Of a stretch of 64,000 nt of DNA, positions 25,919 to 35,637 are shown piece after piece (position 1 is the stretch's first letter; every line of letters starts with the position of its first letter). Source of the DNA: a virus; IMG/VR virus record IMGVR_UViG_3300045241_000217, positions 45,171 through 109,170 of that record; one strand, written 5' to 3'. A program made the translations under genes and the position numbers. The notes under the pieces are model-generated. The model made no database searches, was not told the DNA's origin, and was given only the letters and a program-made list of their open reading frames with translations.

Positions 25919-26521
25919 CTACTCGGTCTTGGGCGGGTCGGTGGCCGGCGGAGCGTCCGCGGGGGCCAGGAGCGCCTTGTGGAGCGCGTCCTTCATCTCG
26001 CGGAGCAGCATGCCCTCCGCGAGGGTCGTGACCTTGTGGAGCTCCGCGAAGGCCAGCGCGTCCTTCTTGGTCATGAGCTCGTCGATCTCCACACCGAGAC
26101 CGCCCTCGCCAGCGGTCGGAGCGCTGGGGGCAGGCGCCTTCGCCTCGAGCGTGGTTGCCGTCTCGTCGAGCAGGTCGGCGTCAGCCGTCCGACCCTCCTC
26201 GCGAGCCTTGGTGGCGTAGTTGCGAGCGTAGCGCGCGGCGTACGCGGGATCGGCGTGCGCCAGCATCTCGCCGACCATCTTGCGGGTCGCCGCCGACGTC
26301 CCTGGGGCCACGACGGGCTCCGGGACCACGGGGGCGACCGCACCGATGGCGAGAGGCTCGCGCCATCCCGGAGTCGCGAGGAACCACTGTCCATCGCGAT
26401 CCGGGACGTCGGCGCAGCCCTGGGCGTCCAGCACCACGCTCTCGAGCTTCCCCGTCTCGGGGTCGCGCTTGAACGGGAGTGCGAGCGTCATGCCCGCGTA
26501 GCCTGGGTGCTGGACGCGCAT
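25919..26521 (-). CDS. Hypothetical protein downstream of the capsid gene
   Basis: Conserved-slot synteny; C-terminal short helical (HeH/Rho-N-like) segment. Confidence 0.6.
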   Translation of the reverse strand: MRVQHPGYAGMTLALPFKRDPETGKLESVVLDAQGCADVPDRDGQWFLATPGWREPLAIGAVAPVVPEPVVAPGTSAATRKMVGEMLAHADPAYAARYARNYATKAREEGRTADADLLDETATTLEAKAPAPSAPTAGEGGLGVEIDELMTKKDALAFAELHKVTTLAEGMLLREMKDALHKALLAPADAPPATDPPKTE

Positions 26522-26523
26522 GG

Positions 26524-27948
26524 TCAGCTACCGAACGTCAGGCTGGCCGGCGCGCGACCGATGTTCTTCACGATGACGTTCTTCGTCGGCGTGTACATCT
26601 TGATCGCCCCGTAGATGACCTGCGCCCAGCGGATGCTGGTGTCGATCGCCGCGAGCGGGATGCGCGTCATCGGAAGCAACTGGCTCCACGAGAACGAGCG
26701 CGTGTTCTGCATGAGCACGAAGCCCTGGGACGTGCCCGGGATGTCCGCGTTCAGGTCCGTGAAGACCTGCGTGGCGCCCGTGCGCGGGATCTTCGTCATC
26801 AGCTTGCACGTCGTCGCGTCGCCGCCGGCCGTCGAACGATAGATCTCGTAGTAGGTGGTGTTCTGGCCACCGTCCGCGATCGTCATCGTGATGCCGTCGC
26901 CAGCCGCCGCCATCGCGACACCCGCCGTGGTGATCGGCGTGCTGCGACCGTTCTTGTTGCCCGCCACGATCTTGTAGATGTAGGTGGCGATGTCCGCCGC
27001 GACCCACAGCGAGCCGGCCGTCGCGCCCGCGTCGGCGGGAGCCACGGTGTTCGTGGGCGGCAGCGGCCGCTTGTCCGCGCGACCGAGGCCCGCCGCGACG
27101 GGAGCGCCACCCGGCGTGAGGAACACGTGGTCGTGCAGGTTGATCTTGCCGTGCTGGCCCTGGAACGCCGTGATGGTCGTGCCGAGGATGCCCGGCGCCG
27201 GCGCGTACGCGAAGCGCTGGCGGTCGTACACCTGCTTGGCGAGGTCCGCGTACGGTCCGGTCCCGAAGTACGCATCGGTGGCCTGGCCGAAGTTGTCGCG
27301 GATCTGGAGCAGCATGTCGTTGAGGTTCTCCTCCGTGAGGATGCCTCCACGAAGGTCCACGACGTTGTTCGGAGCGCCCGCGAGGATGAGTGCGAAGAGG
27401 CCGTCGAACTGCGCGGGGATCAGCGACTTGTCGCCGAAGAAGATGGCGCGCTCGAGCTGACGCAGGAGGTCCATCGTCTTCGCCATCGTCTCGAGCGCGA
27501 TGACGTTGCCGTGCGCTGCGCGAATGGTGTTCGCGACGTGCGTCACGCGGCCGGTCACGCCCAGATACTTGATCTGGACGCTCACGCGCTCGTACGTGGT
27601 GTCCTGCGAGTCGGGCAGGTCACCCTCGTCGAAGAAGCCCTGGTCGTACTGACGCGAGCCGCCCTCGTCGTACGACAGGATACGGTTGAATTCCTCCACC
27701 GTATTCGACGCCGGCACCTTGGGGATGCTCTTGAACATCTTGATCTCATCCATCTCGTACGTGAGATTTTTGAGAGTCGCCTCCAACGACTGGACGCGGA
27801 GCGGGAACCCCTGCCCGGGCGAGGTGCCGGGGTTGGTGGTGTCGTTGCCCGCGAAGAGGGCCTTCTGGAGGTCAGCCGTCTGACCGGGATCGACGAGGCC
27901 GCCGTCCTGCGAGCCGTAGTCCTGACTGGAAACGTGTGCGCCGAGCAT
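26524..27948 (-). CDS. Major capsid protein
   Basis: LQKAL.AG...G.PLRVQSLE.TLK.LT, EWAIF-like ERAIFFGD..L...QFDGL, VVDLRG..L; SPO1/Twort-type capsid; AGGAG RBS. Confidence 0.93.
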   Translation of the reverse strand: MLGAHVSSQDYGSQDGGLVDPGQTADLQKALFAGNDTTNPGTSPGQGFPLRVQSLEATLKNLTYEMDEIKMFKSIPKVPASNTVEEFNRILSYDEGGSRQYDQGFFDEGDLPDSQDTTYERVSVQIKYLGVTGRVTHVANTIRAAHGNVIALETMAKTMDLLRQLERAIFFGDKSLIPAQFDGLFALILAGAPNNVVDLRGGILTEENLNDMLLQIRDNFGQATDAYFGTGPYADLAKQVYDRQRFAYAPAPGILGTTITAFQGQHGKINLHDHVFLTPGGAPVAAGLGRADKRPLPPTNTVAPADAGATAGSLWVAADIATYIYKIVAGNKNGRSTPITTAGVAMAAAGDGITMTIADGGQNTTYYEIYRSTAGGDATTCKLMTKIPRTGATQVFTDLNADIPGTSQGFVLMQNTRSFSWSQLLPMTRIPLAAIDTSIRWAQVIYGAIKMYTPTKNVIVKNIGRAPASLTFGS

Positions 27949-27992
27949 GGGGATTCTCCTTCTTGTCTTTCAGGGGTTCCGGTCAGCCCGGG

Positions 27993-29006
27993 TCAGCGAT
28001 AGTTGAGCGCGGTCTCGCGCTCGGCGGGGTTGGCCGCGAGGAAGCCGAGCACGTGAGCCACGTGCGACTTGGTGAGCTGGCCGCCGCCCTCGACGAACGA
28101 GGAGATCTCGCTCGCGCTCTGGCCACCGATCTGGCCCCACCGCGTGTCGCTCTTCTCGAGCCCGCAGTAGGACAGCACGCGGACGGCCTGCGCCGCCGAG
28201 AGCTTCGGCTCGCCGCTGCCGTCGCCGCTCTTCGCGAGCGGGTTGCCCGCGCCGCGACCGAGGTTCTGCTGGCCCTTGGCCGGGAGCGGCGTGCGCTCGA
28301 CGATGCCGAGGCGACGGCCGAGCTCCTGGTTCACGGCAACGACGCTCTTGACGAGCTTGCCGACCTCCATGAGCGCCTTGGCCATCGAGATCTGGACCTG
28401 CGCGTCGCGCGCAGCCTTCTCGTTCATCGACTTGCTGAGCTGCGAGCGCGTGGCCCGACCGCTCTTCGCGAGCCCGTCGATCTGCTCGCTCACGCTGGCG
28501 ACGAGCTCTTCGAGGAACGGTGCGACGTTCATCGCCTTCGCGAGCGTCTCGTTGCCGCGGAACGCGTCGAGGCTCTTGTCCACCTTGCCGCCGCCCTCGC
28601 CGCCCGTCGCGCGCACGCGCGGGTTCGGCTGGATGCCGCCCTCGGTGGACGCGGGCTTGCCGAACTTGCCGAACGGCTGACCGGCCGGCTGTCCGCCGCC
28701 CGCGTCGTCATCGTCGTCATCGTCGTCGCCCTCCATCTTCGCCATGAAGGCGGCGATGGCGTCGGCGGGAACGCCCGAGGCGATCATCGAGTCGCGCATC
28801 TTCCCGATCATCATCGAGTCGAGCACGCCCGCGTCACCTTCACCGGCGAGGCTGCCCTCGACGTGCCCGCGCTCGTCGGTGTGGCCCGTCGTGTCCACGC
28901 CCTCGAGCGCCTTCACGATGTCGGCACCCTCCGAGATCTTGAGGAGCTCGGCGAGCGAACTGTCGATGCCCTCGAGCGTGGTCGTCTCTTCCTGCTGCGT
29001 ACCCAT
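27993..29006 (-). CDS. Putative scaffold protein
   Basis: Between protease and capsid; acidic, coiled-coil, many KA/KS sites; GAGGAG RBS. Confidence 0.7.
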   Translation of the reverse strand: MGTQQEETTTLEGIDSSLAELLKISEGADIVKALEGVDTTGHTDERGHVEGSLAGEGDAGVLDSMMIGKMRDSMIASGVPADAIAAFMAKMEGDDDDDDDDAGGGQPAGQPFGKFGKPASTEGGIQPNPRVRATGGEGGGKVDKSLDAFRGNETLAKAMNVAPFLEELVASVSEQIDGLAKSGRATRSQLSKSMNEKAARDAQVQISMAKALMEVGKLVKSVVAVNQELGRRLGIVERTPLPAKGQQNLGRGAGNPLAKSGDGSGEPKLSAAQAVRVLSYCGLEKSDTRWGQIGGQSASEISSFVEGGGQLTKSHVAHVLGFLAANPAERETALNYR

Positions 29007-29023
29007 GGCGGCTCCTCTTCGGT

Positions 29024-29770
29024 TCACGCGGCTCGCGCCGGGTGGTGCTTGACTGCGTACCCGGCGATCCGGGCGACGATGCTCTTGGAGAGGTGTGGCG
29101 CGCGCTTCGCGATCAACGCGGCGGCCTCGCTCTTCGTGATCGGCTTCTTGCGCTTCTTGACCAGCGGCTCGGGGCGCGAGGCGTTCACGCCCTCCAGCCC
29201 GACCGTGCTCAGCACCGCGGCGTTGCCGGGCGCGGTGGTCGTGGGCGAGTCGTTGCCGACCGCGAGGCTCTTCGCGAGCATCGTCAGCGACGTGTGATCG
29301 TTCACGGGACAGCGCGTGACGGCGACCTCGCGTACGACGGCCTTGCTGATTTTTCGGTGGTCGTTCGCGTCGCGCTCGACGACCGTGCCCTCGACCGAGT
29401 ATCCGAGCGTCCGCGGAGCACCGGAGCGCTTGAGCGCCTGGGCGAGGGACCAGATCTCGTCGGCGGGCGGGTGGCCCTTGAGCAGGAACCCCTCGACGTA
29501 CCAGCCCTTGCTCCCGTCGGGACGCGAGCGGAGCTCGCACGTCTCTGGGTAGCCGACCGCCTTGCCGGTCTCCTTCAGGTGGTTGTCGTTGAAGAAGCCG
29601 CCCTTGAGGAACGGCTGGAAGTCCATGCCCTCCTGGATCAAGCGCTCGTGCTGCTTGTCGAGGTGGTCGGTGGAGACGAAGCCTCCGATGCGACGCTCAC
29701 GGCCAGGGGCTGCGTCCGCCTTCTCGAAGACGTCCGCGTCCCACTGAATCTTGAAGAGGCGCTCGTTCAC
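29024..29770 (-). CDS. Prohead protease
   Basis: IGGFVST..LD.Q.E.LIQ.G.D, GFFNDNH, GYSVEG, VAVT.CPVN..T. Confidence 0.88.
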   Translation of the reverse strand: MNERLFKIQWDADVFEKADAAPGRERRIGGFVSTDHLDKQHERLIQEGMDFQPFLKGGFFNDNHLKETGKAVGYPETCELRSRPDGSKGWYVEGFLLKGHPPADEIWSLAQALKRSGAPRTLGYSVEGTVVERDANDHRKISKAVVREVAVTRCPVNDHTSLTMLAKSLAVGNDSPTTTAPGNAAVLSTVGLEGVNASRPEPLVKKRKKPITKSEAAALIAKRAPHLSKSIVARIAGYAVKHHPARAA

Positions 29771-29790
29771 GTTCGTTCATCGAGACCCAC

Positions 29791-29831
29791 AAACGAAAGC
29801 GGCGACTCCAGCTTTCGCCAGAATCGCCGCT
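29791..29831 (-). terminator. Intrinsic terminator/attenuator in the protease-capsid leader
   Basis: Minus strand AGCGGCGATTCTGGC-GAAA-GCTGGAGTCGCCGCT followed by TTCGTTTG. Confidence 0.7.
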
Positions 29832-29849
29832 CGTGTCGCTCTGCGCGAC

Positions 29850-29895
29850 GGGGCCTAGTGACCGGATGTTGCGCTGCGATCCGGTGATTCGTCAA
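29850..29895 (-). promoter_or_regulatory. Putative late promoter and conserved leader
   Basis: TTGACG-18 nt-CAACAT then CCGGTCACTAGGCCC. Confidence 0.6.
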
Positions 29896-29902
29896 GCGTC
29901 GC

Positions 29903-30139
29903 TCAGGAACCGTCTTCCCGCTTCTCCGTCCGGCGACTCGGTTCGCCCTTCTGCAACGCTACTCCGCGCTCCTGCGTGAGCGGCAAGATGATGCCTCCAC
30001 CACACCGCGCGCAGACCATTTCCACATCGCCCTGACGATGTAGAACGAGCATCGACGTCTTCGCCTTGAGCTTCCCTTCGTCAGCACGGAAGACCACAGA
30101 TCCGCATCCGTGTGGGCAAGCGTTCTCCGGCGCGCTCAT
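29903..30139 (-). CDS. Small zinc-ribbon protein (Com-like)
   Basis: CPHGC...VEMVCARCG. Confidence 0.55.
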   Translation of the reverse strand: MSAPENACPHGCGSVVFRADEGKLKAKTSMLVLHRQGDVEMVCARCGGGIILPLTQERGVALQKGEPSRRTEKREDGS

Positions 30140-30153
30140 CCGGCAACCGTCGC

Positions 30154-30234
30154 CGTGCTAGAAATAGGTCGGCTCGCGAACGCCTGAGAACGTCGCGAGC
30201 CGCGCCTCGAAACCTCCTCGAAAGGTTCCAAGAC
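30154..30234 (+). promoter_or_regulatory. Conserved HNH leader (copy 2 of 3)
   Basis: CGTGCTAGAAATAGGTCGGCTCGCG...CGCGAGCCG...AACCTcctcgaaAGGTT...AGACATG. Confidence 0.65.
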
Positions 30235-30654
30235 ATGACAGCGATAGCACGTGCGAAGACCGGCCCGAAGCCTCGTCCGCTCGCTGAGCGTTTCTGGGCG
30301 AAGGTGGATCGGCGTGGACCCGACGAGTGCTGGCTGTGGACCGGCGGCTTCACCGAGTTTGGCTACGGTCGTATCGGTGCCGGAGGCAACACGGGGGCGA
30401 TTCTCCGCGCGCATCGCGTTGCATGGATCCTGGTCTTCGCGGCGACCGGCTCTAGCGAAGACATCGCCGCACGCAACGGAACCTCGGCGGCACACGTGTG
30501 CAGCATCAAACGCGGAGAATCCTGGCAACACCTTGGACTGCTTCGCGAAGGCCCGCCGGGTCGCACTACCCGTAACCCACGCCGACGTTTTGATCGCGAA
30601 CATGCTCTTGCGCTTCGGAGCGCTGGTGGCAGTTGGGCTAGTGTCGGTCGTTAG
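30235..30654 (+). pseudogene. HNH endonuclease derivative lacking the catalytic core
   Basis: RFWAKVDR..CWLWTG..AHRVAWILV joins directly to the C-terminal HTH; the H.CDN..CCNP.HL core is absent; the reading frame is intact. Confidence 0.75.
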
Positions 30655-30734
30655 TTGGGTGTGTCTGGGACGGCCATTCGCCTGGCGCTCGTGGATGCGG
30701 CGCGCCAACGGTCCCGTCGTCAATAGAACGGCGC

Positions 30735-31298
30735 TCATCCGAGCCTCTTGCTGCGCTTGGTGTGCTGCTCTTCGATGTGCGCCGCGTTGCGCGCGTGTGA
30801 CTCGGCGTACTCGACCGACGCGCCCTTGAGCACCGCGCTCGTGAGGTGCGCCACGTACGTCGCCGAGATCCTACCCGTGCGCGCGCGGATGCGGAGCGTG
30901 TCGAGAGCCTCTCGGAGCTCCTTCGTGCGTGTCTCGACGTCGTGCTTGCGAGCATCCCGCTTCGCGGCCGTCACGCGCGCGCGGAGCGCCTCGTGCTCCT
31001 TGCGCATGTTCTCGATCTCGCCGTGGAGCTGCTCGTACTGCTCTGTCGCCTGACGCAGGAACTCGGGCGCCTCGATCAAGACGCTCAGGGTCGCGTACGG
31101 ATCGAGCGAGGCTCCGCAGTCGTGGCACTCGAGCACCCGCGCACGCTCGTCGAGCAGCGAGTGCCGGTGCTCACATCGCGTCCGTGCTCGAGCGCGGCGC
31201 ACGGTCCGAAGATCGGTGACGTTCGTGATCCTCGTCGGCAGCGGCGCGACGCTGCGAGGATCGATGCGGTCGTTCGGGTCCAGCGGCTCGTCGCTCAC
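30735..31298 (-). CDS. Hypothetical Zn-finger / coiled-coil protein
   Basis: CEH....DE..R.LEC.DCG..LDPY motif. Confidence 0.65.
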   Translation of the reverse strand: MSDEPLDPNDRIDPRSVAPLPTRITNVTDLRTVRRARARTRCEHRHSLLDERARVLECHDCGASLDPYATLSVLIEAPEFLRQATEQYEQLHGEIENMRKEHEALRARVTAAKRDARKHDVETRTKELREALDTLRIRARTGRISATYVAHLTSAVLKGASVEYAESHARNAAHIEEQHTKRSKRLG

Positions 31299-31786
31299 GG
31301 GAGAGCCTTGCGGACCGGTCGGTCCTTCTTGCCCTTCGACTCGAGCCAGCGCTTGAAGCGCGCGACGCTCCACTCGACGATCGAGCCGAGGAGCTTCGGC
31401 CCATGCTCGTCGTAGTTCTGGAGGTACACCTCGCGCGCCTCGGCCTCTGTCAGCGCGCCCAAGATCACCTTGTGCTCATCGAAGCGGCGACCGTCTTTGC
31501 GTTGCCGCTGATTGATCACGAACACCTTGTCCGAGTCGAGGTGCGGTCCGACGAACACGTCCACCGAGTCACCGTCGGCTCCCTTGGTGCCGGGGAGGAA
31601 TCCGTACGGGTGCTTCATCGTCTGTTTGCCGCGATGCCCTGTCTTCGGGTCATGCCAGTGGCGATTCGATCCAGCCGGGTTCTCGATGTGCGCGTGGACG
31701 TCGTGGATCACGAACTTCTGCTTCACGGGCCCGTCGGCCTTCGCGAGCAACTCCTCGTGAGCCTCTTCGATGGACAGGATGCGCAC
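31295..31786 (-). CDS. Inorganic pyrophosphatase-like protein (polyvalent-protein type)
   Basis: IENPAGS.R..TM.HPYG..PGT.GADGD.VDVFVGP...VFVINQ...FDEHKV.LG...YL.NY. Confidence 0.85.
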   Translation of the reverse strand: MRILSIEEAHEELLAKADGPVKQKFVIHDVHAHIENPAGSNRHWHDPKTGHRGKQTMKHPYGFLPGTKGADGDSVDVFVGPHLDSDKVFVINQRQRKDGRRFDEHKVILGALTEAEAREVYLQNYDEHGPKLLGSIVEWSVARFKRWLESKGKKDRPVRKALP

Positions 31787-31789
31787 GCG

Positions 31790-31987
31790 CTACTTCTTCG
31801 TGGGCGGGGCGTCGTCGGCGGGCATGCTCGTCTGGAACAGGTCGGGCATCTTCGGCTCCGCCGTCTTCACCGCTGGCGGTGCGAACGCACATGCCACGAG
31901 CGCCGCGTTGTCGTTGGTCGAGCAGAAGCACTTGGTGCACTGCATCGCCCCGTAGTCCCATCGGTGGCTGGAATCGACCGTCCGCAT
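31790..31987 (-). CDS. Small hypothetical protein
   Basis: H.W...QCTKC motif; co-directional. Confidence 0.45.
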   Translation of the reverse strand: MRTVDSSHRWDYGAMQCTKCFCSTNDNAALVACAFAPPAVKTAEPKMPDLFQTSMPADDAPPTKK

Positions 31988-31997
31988 GCCAAGGACT

Positions 31998-33698
31998 CTA
32001 CCCGTTATCGGGTGAGAGCGTGTCGGGGTCCGGCTGATCGAGGATCCCATCGTAGCCGCGGTGCACGAACGTGAACTGCCGGGGGAACGAGAGCATCAGG
32101 CGCGGCCGCTCGAACATGTACATGCGCGTGACCTCCGCTGCGTTCTCGATGGGTGCGCGGTCCGCGTAGTCCGAGCACCACCCCTCGCGCTTGGAGATCT
32201 CCCACAGCCGATCGTGCCAGGCCCGCACCTCGCTCGCTGAGCCGAGCTTGCGCATCAGGTAGACATTCGGCGCGTGGCCGAGCTCGTGGCGCAGCACGCG
32301 AGGCAGGCGCTCGATGGGCAGCGTCTGCGAGAGCCGGATCTCGTTGCCCGTCCAGTACGCGAAGTCGTGATCGTCGAGAGGGTTCTGCGCTCGCGGGTGG
32401 TCTGTCGTGATCAGCGTCACGCCCACGTCGCGGCGGAAGAGCGCGGGCGGTGCCTCCTTGCAGATCTGCGCGACCACGGAGTGCATGCGCGGGTCGGCGA
32501 TGCGGATGGTGAGCGAGTCGCCCGCGATCGCGTCGTGCGTCATGTGCGGGCGGACGTCCTCGGCCTTCTCGAGCAGGTCGAGCACGTACGGCATCACGTG
32601 CCCCGCGCTCTCGCTCTTCCCGATCAGCGACTCGGGCACCATGTGGCCCTCGGCGTTGAAGCCCCAGCCGTCGGGGACCTCCACGGTCGTGCAAAAACAC
32701 CAAGGATGCGTGGGCCCCAGAACCGGCTTCCACTGCGCCGCTCGTCGTCCGACGTTCGTACCGTTCGCGGCGAGTTCATGGAGCGTGAAGATTCGCGGCG
32801 GGCTTCCATGGCCAGCCGTTCGGTAGAACTCGACGCACCGCTCACACGCGCTCGGTTGCGTGAGACGTGCAACGCGGATGTCTTTCGGATTACGTCCCTC
32901 GCTGAGCGCGCGCGCCGTCCCCTCCTCCATCGCTGACTGCATCTCGGTCGCAGCCAGGCGATGCATGTCGCGCCCCCAGTCTTGCGTCTCGTGCGCGAGC
33001 GTGGAGGCGAGCTTGCGCCACTCGGCTTTCCGATCGATCGCCGACTCCAGTTCACGCTGCACGCTTCCGATGTACCGCTTGCGGGCCTCGGCATCCGCGT
33101 CGAGCACGCTTACCCCGATGTCGTGGGCCAGCCGCTCGCCGATCCCTCGGATGTACTGACCGGCTTGGGTGCGTGCGGCCTGCATCGCGTGCTCGTCCAC
33201 GCGCGTCGTCGGGAGCTTGTCCTCGTCCACGTAGCGCACGAAGCGCTCGAGGGATGCGTCATCGAGCACGGTCCGCTCGCGCGGATCCTCGCGCTGCATC
33301 TCCCCGCTGCGCTTGCCGAGCAGGTACGCGAGATCCACGACGCGCATGCTCTGCTTCGCGCCAAGAGGCACGAGGCCGGCGCGCTGGAGTCGCTTCAGAT
33401 CCGCGACGGGCACTGCGTCGTTGCCGAGAGCGGTCACCGCGAAGGCCAGGTGGTGCTCCCGCACGATCGTCTTGATGGCTTCGAGCTGCTCTGGCGTGAG
33501 GAGCGAGAACTTCCGTGGCCCGTCGTCCTCGGCCTTGGTGAGGCGGGTGCCCGGGACGATCTTGGTGCTCACGTAGCGGAGGAGATCCTCCCAGAGACGG
33601 GAGACCGATCGCTGGTAGGAGCGCTCGACGCGGGCGAGGAGCTCGCGCATCGCTCGCTGCGGGATGCGCTCTTCGGTCTCGTCGTGGGTACCGCTCAC
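31998..33698 (-). CDS. MuF-like head morphogenesis protein with C-terminal zincin metalloprotease domain
   Basis: DW.RD..RLAATE, AC.RC...Y, N.GR....WKP..GP.HPWC.C; C-terminal RHELGH and SDYA....E..AE. Confidence 0.8.
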   Translation of the reverse strand: MSGTHDETEERIPQRAMRELLARVERSYQRSVSRLWEDLLRYVSTKIVPGTRLTKAEDDGPRKFSLLTPEQLEAIKTIVREHHLAFAVTALGNDAVPVADLKRLQRAGLVPLGAKQSMRVVDLAYLLGKRSGEMQREDPRERTVLDDASLERFVRYVDEDKLPTTRVDEHAMQAARTQAGQYIRGIGERLAHDIGVSVLDADAEARKRYIGSVQRELESAIDRKAEWRKLASTLAHETQDWGRDMHRLAATEMQSAMEEGTARALSEGRNPKDIRVARLTQPSACERCVEFYRTAGHGSPPRIFTLHELAANGTNVGRRAAQWKPVLGPTHPWCFCTTVEVPDGWGFNAEGHMVPESLIGKSESAGHVMPYVLDLLEKAEDVRPHMTHDAIAGDSLTIRIADPRMHSVVAQICKEAPPALFRRDVGVTLITTDHPRAQNPLDDHDFAYWTGNEIRLSQTLPIERLPRVLRHELGHAPNVYLMRKLGSASEVRAWHDRLWEISKREGWCSDYADRAPIENAAEVTRMYMFERPRLMLSFPRQFTFVHRGYDGILDQPDPDTLSPDNG

Positions 33699-33775
33699 CG
33701 CCGGAGTGTGCGCGAAGGCCTCCGGCGTGTCATGTCTTCGACGCGGCGCGGAGCCGCAGGAACAGGAGCAAGGCG

Positions 33776-34426
33776 ATGACGGTGGTTCTCCTCTCGGGCG
33801 GCCAGGACTCGACGACGTGTCTCTTCTGGGCGAAGCGGCACCTCGGTGGCGCGAAGCCTCCGATCGCGCTCTTCGTGCACTACGGACAGCGCCACGCGCG
33901 CGAGTACGAGTCGGCGCGCGTGATCGCAGGACTTGCGGAGACGCCGTTCTACGAGGCGCGCGTGGAGTTCCCGACCGCGTCGAGCCTCACGCGCGACGAA
34001 CCGATCACGACGCGCGCGGACGGGCTGCCCTCGACGTTCGTCGCGGGCCGCAACGGTGTGCTCCTCTGGCTCGCTGGCGGGCTCGCGAAGGAACACGGGC
34101 ATGCGTCGATCGTCATCGGCTGCTCGAGCGTGGACTTCTCGGGCTACCCGGACTGCCGTCCGAAGTACCTCTATCACGAGCGTGACGCGCTTGAACGCGG
34201 GCTCGACACGCCGGACTTCCAAGTCCACGCGCCGCTCATCGATCGCAGCAAGGCGCAGACGGTGAAGATGGCGCGCGAGCTGGGCGAGACGTGTTGGACC
34301 GCGCTCGGCATGTCGTGGACCTGCTACCTCGGCGGAGAACGGCCGTGCGGTACGTGCCCGGCGTGCATGCTCCGCGCGAAGGGCTTCGCGGATGCCGGAG
34401 AGGAGGATCCGGCATGCACCCCGTGA
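33776..34426 (+). CDS. queC: 7-cyano-7-deazaguanine synthase
   Basis: LLSGGQDSTT, YGQRH, STFV.GRN, DFSGYPDCR, SWTCY.G...CG.CPAC.LR. Confidence 0.95.
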   Translation: MTVVLLSGGQDSTTCLFWAKRHLGGAKPPIALFVHYGQRHAREYESARVIAGLAETPFYEARVEFPTASSLTRDEPITTRADGLPSTFVAGRNGVLLWLAGGLAKEHGHASIVIGCSSVDFSGYPDCRPKYLYHERDALERGLDTPDFQVHAPLIDRSKAQTVKMARELGETCWTALGMSWTCYLGGERPCGTCPACMLRAKGFADAGEEDPACTP

Positions 34427-34821
34427 CCGTCTCCATCGCTCGCGTCTACACCGCCGAGTGCTCGCACGTTCTGCCGAACGTCCCGAAGGGTCACAAGTGC
34501 GGCCGCGTGCACGGACACTCCTACGCGTTCGAGATCGAGTTGAGCGGCCGCGTGGACACCACGCTCGGGTGGCTCGTGGACTTCGCCCACCTAGACGAAG
34601 TCGCGAAAACGATGATCGTCAGCAAGCTAGACCATCACCACCTGAACGACGTGGAGGGCCTGGCGAATCCCACGAGCGAGGTGCTCGCGTTCTGGATCTG
34701 GAAGCGCCTCTCGGTTTACGGGTGGCCCACCGGCGTCTCACTCTCGCGTGTGACCGTCAGGGAGACGAAGCGCTCGTCGGCCACCATCCGAGGGGACGTA
34801 CCAGATCGCGACGGACGGTGA
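34414..34821 (+). CDS. queD: 6-carboxytetrahydropterin synthase
   Basis: H.LP..PKGHKCGRVHGHSY, GWLVDF, LDH..LND..GL.NPTSE, V.VRET. Confidence 0.95.
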   Translation: MHPVTVSIARVYTAECSHVLPNVPKGHKCGRVHGHSYAFEIELSGRVDTTLGWLVDFAHLDEVAKTMIVSKLDHHHLNDVEGLANPTSEVLAFWIWKRLSVYGWPTGVSLSRVTVRETKRSSATIRGDVPDRDGR

Positions 34822-35597
34822 CGTTCCGCTTCTACCTCGGCACGCACATGCCGAACTGGATGGCCGACGAGCGCTTCGCCGACGTGCCGCTCTTCGTCTC
34901 GCGTCGGCGTCTTGAGGAACGCAAGACGCTCCCGCGCGCGGTCGGCGACTGGGCACTCGACTCGGGGGGGTTCACCGAGCTCTCGCTGAACGGTGCGTGG
35001 CTGCTCTCGCCGAAGGCGTACGTGGCCTTCGTGCGGCGTGCTCGCGACGAGATCGGTCGTCTCTCGTGGGCCGCTCCGCAAGACTGGATGTGCGAGCCGG
35101 TGATCCTGGAGAAGACGGGGCGCACGGTCGAGCAGCACGTCGCGCTCACAGTGCAGAACCTGCTCGACCTGCGCGCGCTCGATCCGAGCCTGCCCATCGC
35201 ACCCGTCGTACAGGGCTGGACGTACGCGGACTACATGCGGTGCGTCGAGGCCTACGACCGCGCCGGCATCGATCTCTCGCGCGAGCCCGTCGTGGGCGTG
35301 GGGACCATGTGCAGACGCCAGGAGACGCACGAGGCGGAGCGCGTCCTACGCGCGTTGCGCCGCATGGACATCCGCCTACACGCGTTCGGCGCGAAGACCG
35401 TGGGCCTACAGCGCTACCACGACGCGCTCGCGTCCTCGGACTCGATGTCGTGGTCGTACCGAGCACGACGCGCCGACCCGTTGCTCGGGTGCAGCCATGC
35501 GTCGTGCTCGAACTGCCCGCTCTTCGCCCTACGCTGGCGCGAGAACGTGCTGCGACGGATGGAGCAGCCGCACCAGTTGGATCTCGTCGGGACCTAG
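34818..35597 (+). CDS. DpdA / TGT-like deazaguanine DNA transglycosylase
   Basis: FYLG.H, LDSGGF.EL, APQDWMCEP, PVVQGW, VGVG.MCRR, LHAFG.K, SSDSMSWS; coupled to queD. Confidence 0.75.
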   Translation: MTFRFYLGTHMPNWMADERFADVPLFVSRRRLEERKTLPRAVGDWALDSGGFTELSLNGAWLLSPKAYVAFVRRARDEIGRLSWAAPQDWMCEPVILEKTGRTVEQHVALTVQNLLDLRALDPSLPIAPVVQGWTYADYMRCVEAYDRAGIDLSREPVVGVGTMCRRQETHEAERVLRALRRMDIRLHAFGAKTVGLQRYHDALASSDSMSWSYRARRADPLLGCSHASCSNCPLFALRWRENVLRRMEQPHQLDLVGT

Positions 35598-35637
35598 CAG
35601 GTGGGCGGAGGCGTGGTCACCACGTCGCCCGCTACCG

